A stretch of DNA of 63,896 nucleotides, the filler included, from Reclinomonas americana ATCC 50394 (taxonomy: Eukaryota), in the NCBI GenBank assembly GCA_048213135.1. It is 5 parts of 4 records of this genome, joined end to end, with 100 filler letters (N's around TTAATTAATTAA, not from the genome) between each part and the next. Parts side by side here need not be neighbours in the genome. Positions count along the whole stretch, not along the records: positions 62,328 to 63,896 come from PS015062.1; 4 more parts are not named here. One strand, given 5' to 3'. The notes below the pieces were generated by a model that did no database searches, had not been told where the DNA came from, and was given only the letters and a program-made list of their open reading frames with translations. A program made the position numbers and the translations under genes. This document shows, piece by piece, positions 62,381-63,896 of the stretch; within the stretch, counting starts at the first letter, position 1; each line of letters opens with the position of its first letter.

Positions 62381-63866
62381 CGACAAAGAGCGACGACTGT
62401 CCTACGCGAACAAACGTGTTGTTGGAGGCGTGCGCATAAAAGTTGACGCACACCGAGTACACGCCACTCGGGAGACCAGTGCCACCCAATCGAACACTGA
62501 AAGCGCTCAGATCTGGCGGACCAGCGATAAGTTCGGCAGGGACCACAGTACCCGGAGATGGCATATTGCCATCTCCCGTGGTGCACGAGGCCGACGGCTC
62601 GAATCGCACAGAGCGAACACTGACCGCCGGGTCTAGTGCCACACCGCTGACGACGACTACGGCCGAGGGGTCGGACATTTTGACGGTGGCAGGTGAAAAA
62701 TCCACCACGCTCGCTGCATGCACACAAATAAGCAACGTGGAATCTCTGCAGTGCCCACACACGACTGGGCGACACACACNNNNNNNNNNNNNNNNNNNNN
62801 NNNNNNNNNNNNNNNNNNNNNNNNNNNNNNNNNNNNNNNNNNNNNNNNNNNNNNNNNNNNNNNNNNNNNNNNNNNNNNNNNNNNNNNNNNNNNNNNNNNN
62901 NNNNNNNNNNNNNNNNNNNNNNNNNNNNNNNNNNNNNNNNNNNNNNNNNNNNNNNNNNNNNNNNNNNNNNNNNNNNNNNNNNNNNNNNNNNNNNNNNNNN
63001 NNNNNNNNNNNNNNNNNNNNNNNNNNNNNNNNNNNNNNNNNNNNNNNNNNNNNNNNNNNNNNNNNNNNNNNNNNNNNNNNNNNNNNNNNNNNNNNNNNNN
63101 NNNNNNNNNNNNNNNNNNNNNNNNNNNNNNNNNNNNNNNNNNNNNNNNNNNNNNNNNNNNNNNNNNNNNNNNNNNNNNNNNNNNNNNNNNNNNNNNNNNN
63201 NNNNNNNNNNNNNNNNNNNNNNNNNNNNNNNNNNNNNNNNNNNNNNNNNNNNNNNNNCTGCGTGTTGTCTGCATTGGAGACGTACGCATCTGTGACGGTC
63301 ACAGTCCCGGCGGCAGCGGATGCGGTCGTCCTCGTGCACGAAGCCACACCGGGTTCAAAGCGAATGGCTCGCACGCTCTGCGGGAAATTAAGCCCAGAAC
63401 CAGCAACAGTCACCGTCGCATTGGCCGATTGTGCCAGCAACGAGGCGGGCAAGAACGCAGTGGCGCTCACTTTGGGAAAGAGTACGCTCGTAAGCACAAT
63501 GTTCTGCCAGTGTCCGCAACGACAGCGGCGACTCACCGACAAGAAGCGATCCGGCGGACACTCTGACAAAGGCGCCACTGGCGGCATTTGCCGAGAAGTC
63601 AACGCACACGCTGTAGGTGTTCGGAAGCAACGCAGTGGCGTTGACTGGCACAAACAGCTGGGTGAAGTCTGCCGACGCGGTTGTCGAGTTGACAGAGAGC
63701 ACGGTCCCGGCCACAGCATCTGCAGTGGCGCTACTGCAAACAGCTGATGGCTCGAGCCGCACAGCACGCACGCTGGTTGCCGGTCGCAGTCCAACGCCGC
63801 TGATGGTCACCACTGGACTGCCAGTCTGCGCCAACAGTGCGACTGGGCCAAACGAGGCCGCAGATG
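62381..63866 (-). CDS. Internal exons of a repetitive, probably extracellular protein made of ~110-aa IPT/TIG-like beta domains
   Basis: Three homologous exons share F.P..L......VT..G..L....SVRA.R.EP...C; the two complete ones also share YSVCV.F.......FVRV....L.V. N-glycosylation sequons are present. Confidence 0.75.
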
Positions 63867-63896
63867 CTGCAAGGAGGGCAATAGAGAAGCAGACAT

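Overview
This is eukaryotic nuclear DNA from a GC-rich, very intron-dense and gene-compact organism. IFT25 and a TSNAXIP1-like gene suggest a flagellated protist; I cannot name the species. The window is a draft assembly with many N gaps and four artificial N-TTAATTAATTAA-N linkers, so it joins at least five scaffold pieces. I assembled about 26 protein genes by hand in the standard genetic code: PPWD1, SDS22, an SCI1-like protein, an ADP-ribosylglycohydrolase, a PhyH dioxygenase, GSK3, an ankyrin protein, a sterol desaturase, TSNAXIP1-like, IMPACT, two intronless WD40 paralogues, an EF-hand fragment, IFT25, RBMX2, a quinone oxidoreductase, ABCA, POLD3, a TFIIIC-like WD protein, a P5A ATPase, a CCCH protein, a repeat surface protein and several orphans. 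The standout signal is in the introns, which use two classes of 5' splice site. Most are ordinary G|GTNNGY donors. About 30 of roughly 130 (manual count) use a donor shifted by one base, GT-Y-NNGY (mostly GTTGCGT), and all but one of these follow an exon that does not end in G. No rRNA, tRNA, snRNA, CRISPR-Cas or intact mobile element was recognised. All gene models are manual and lack transcript support.
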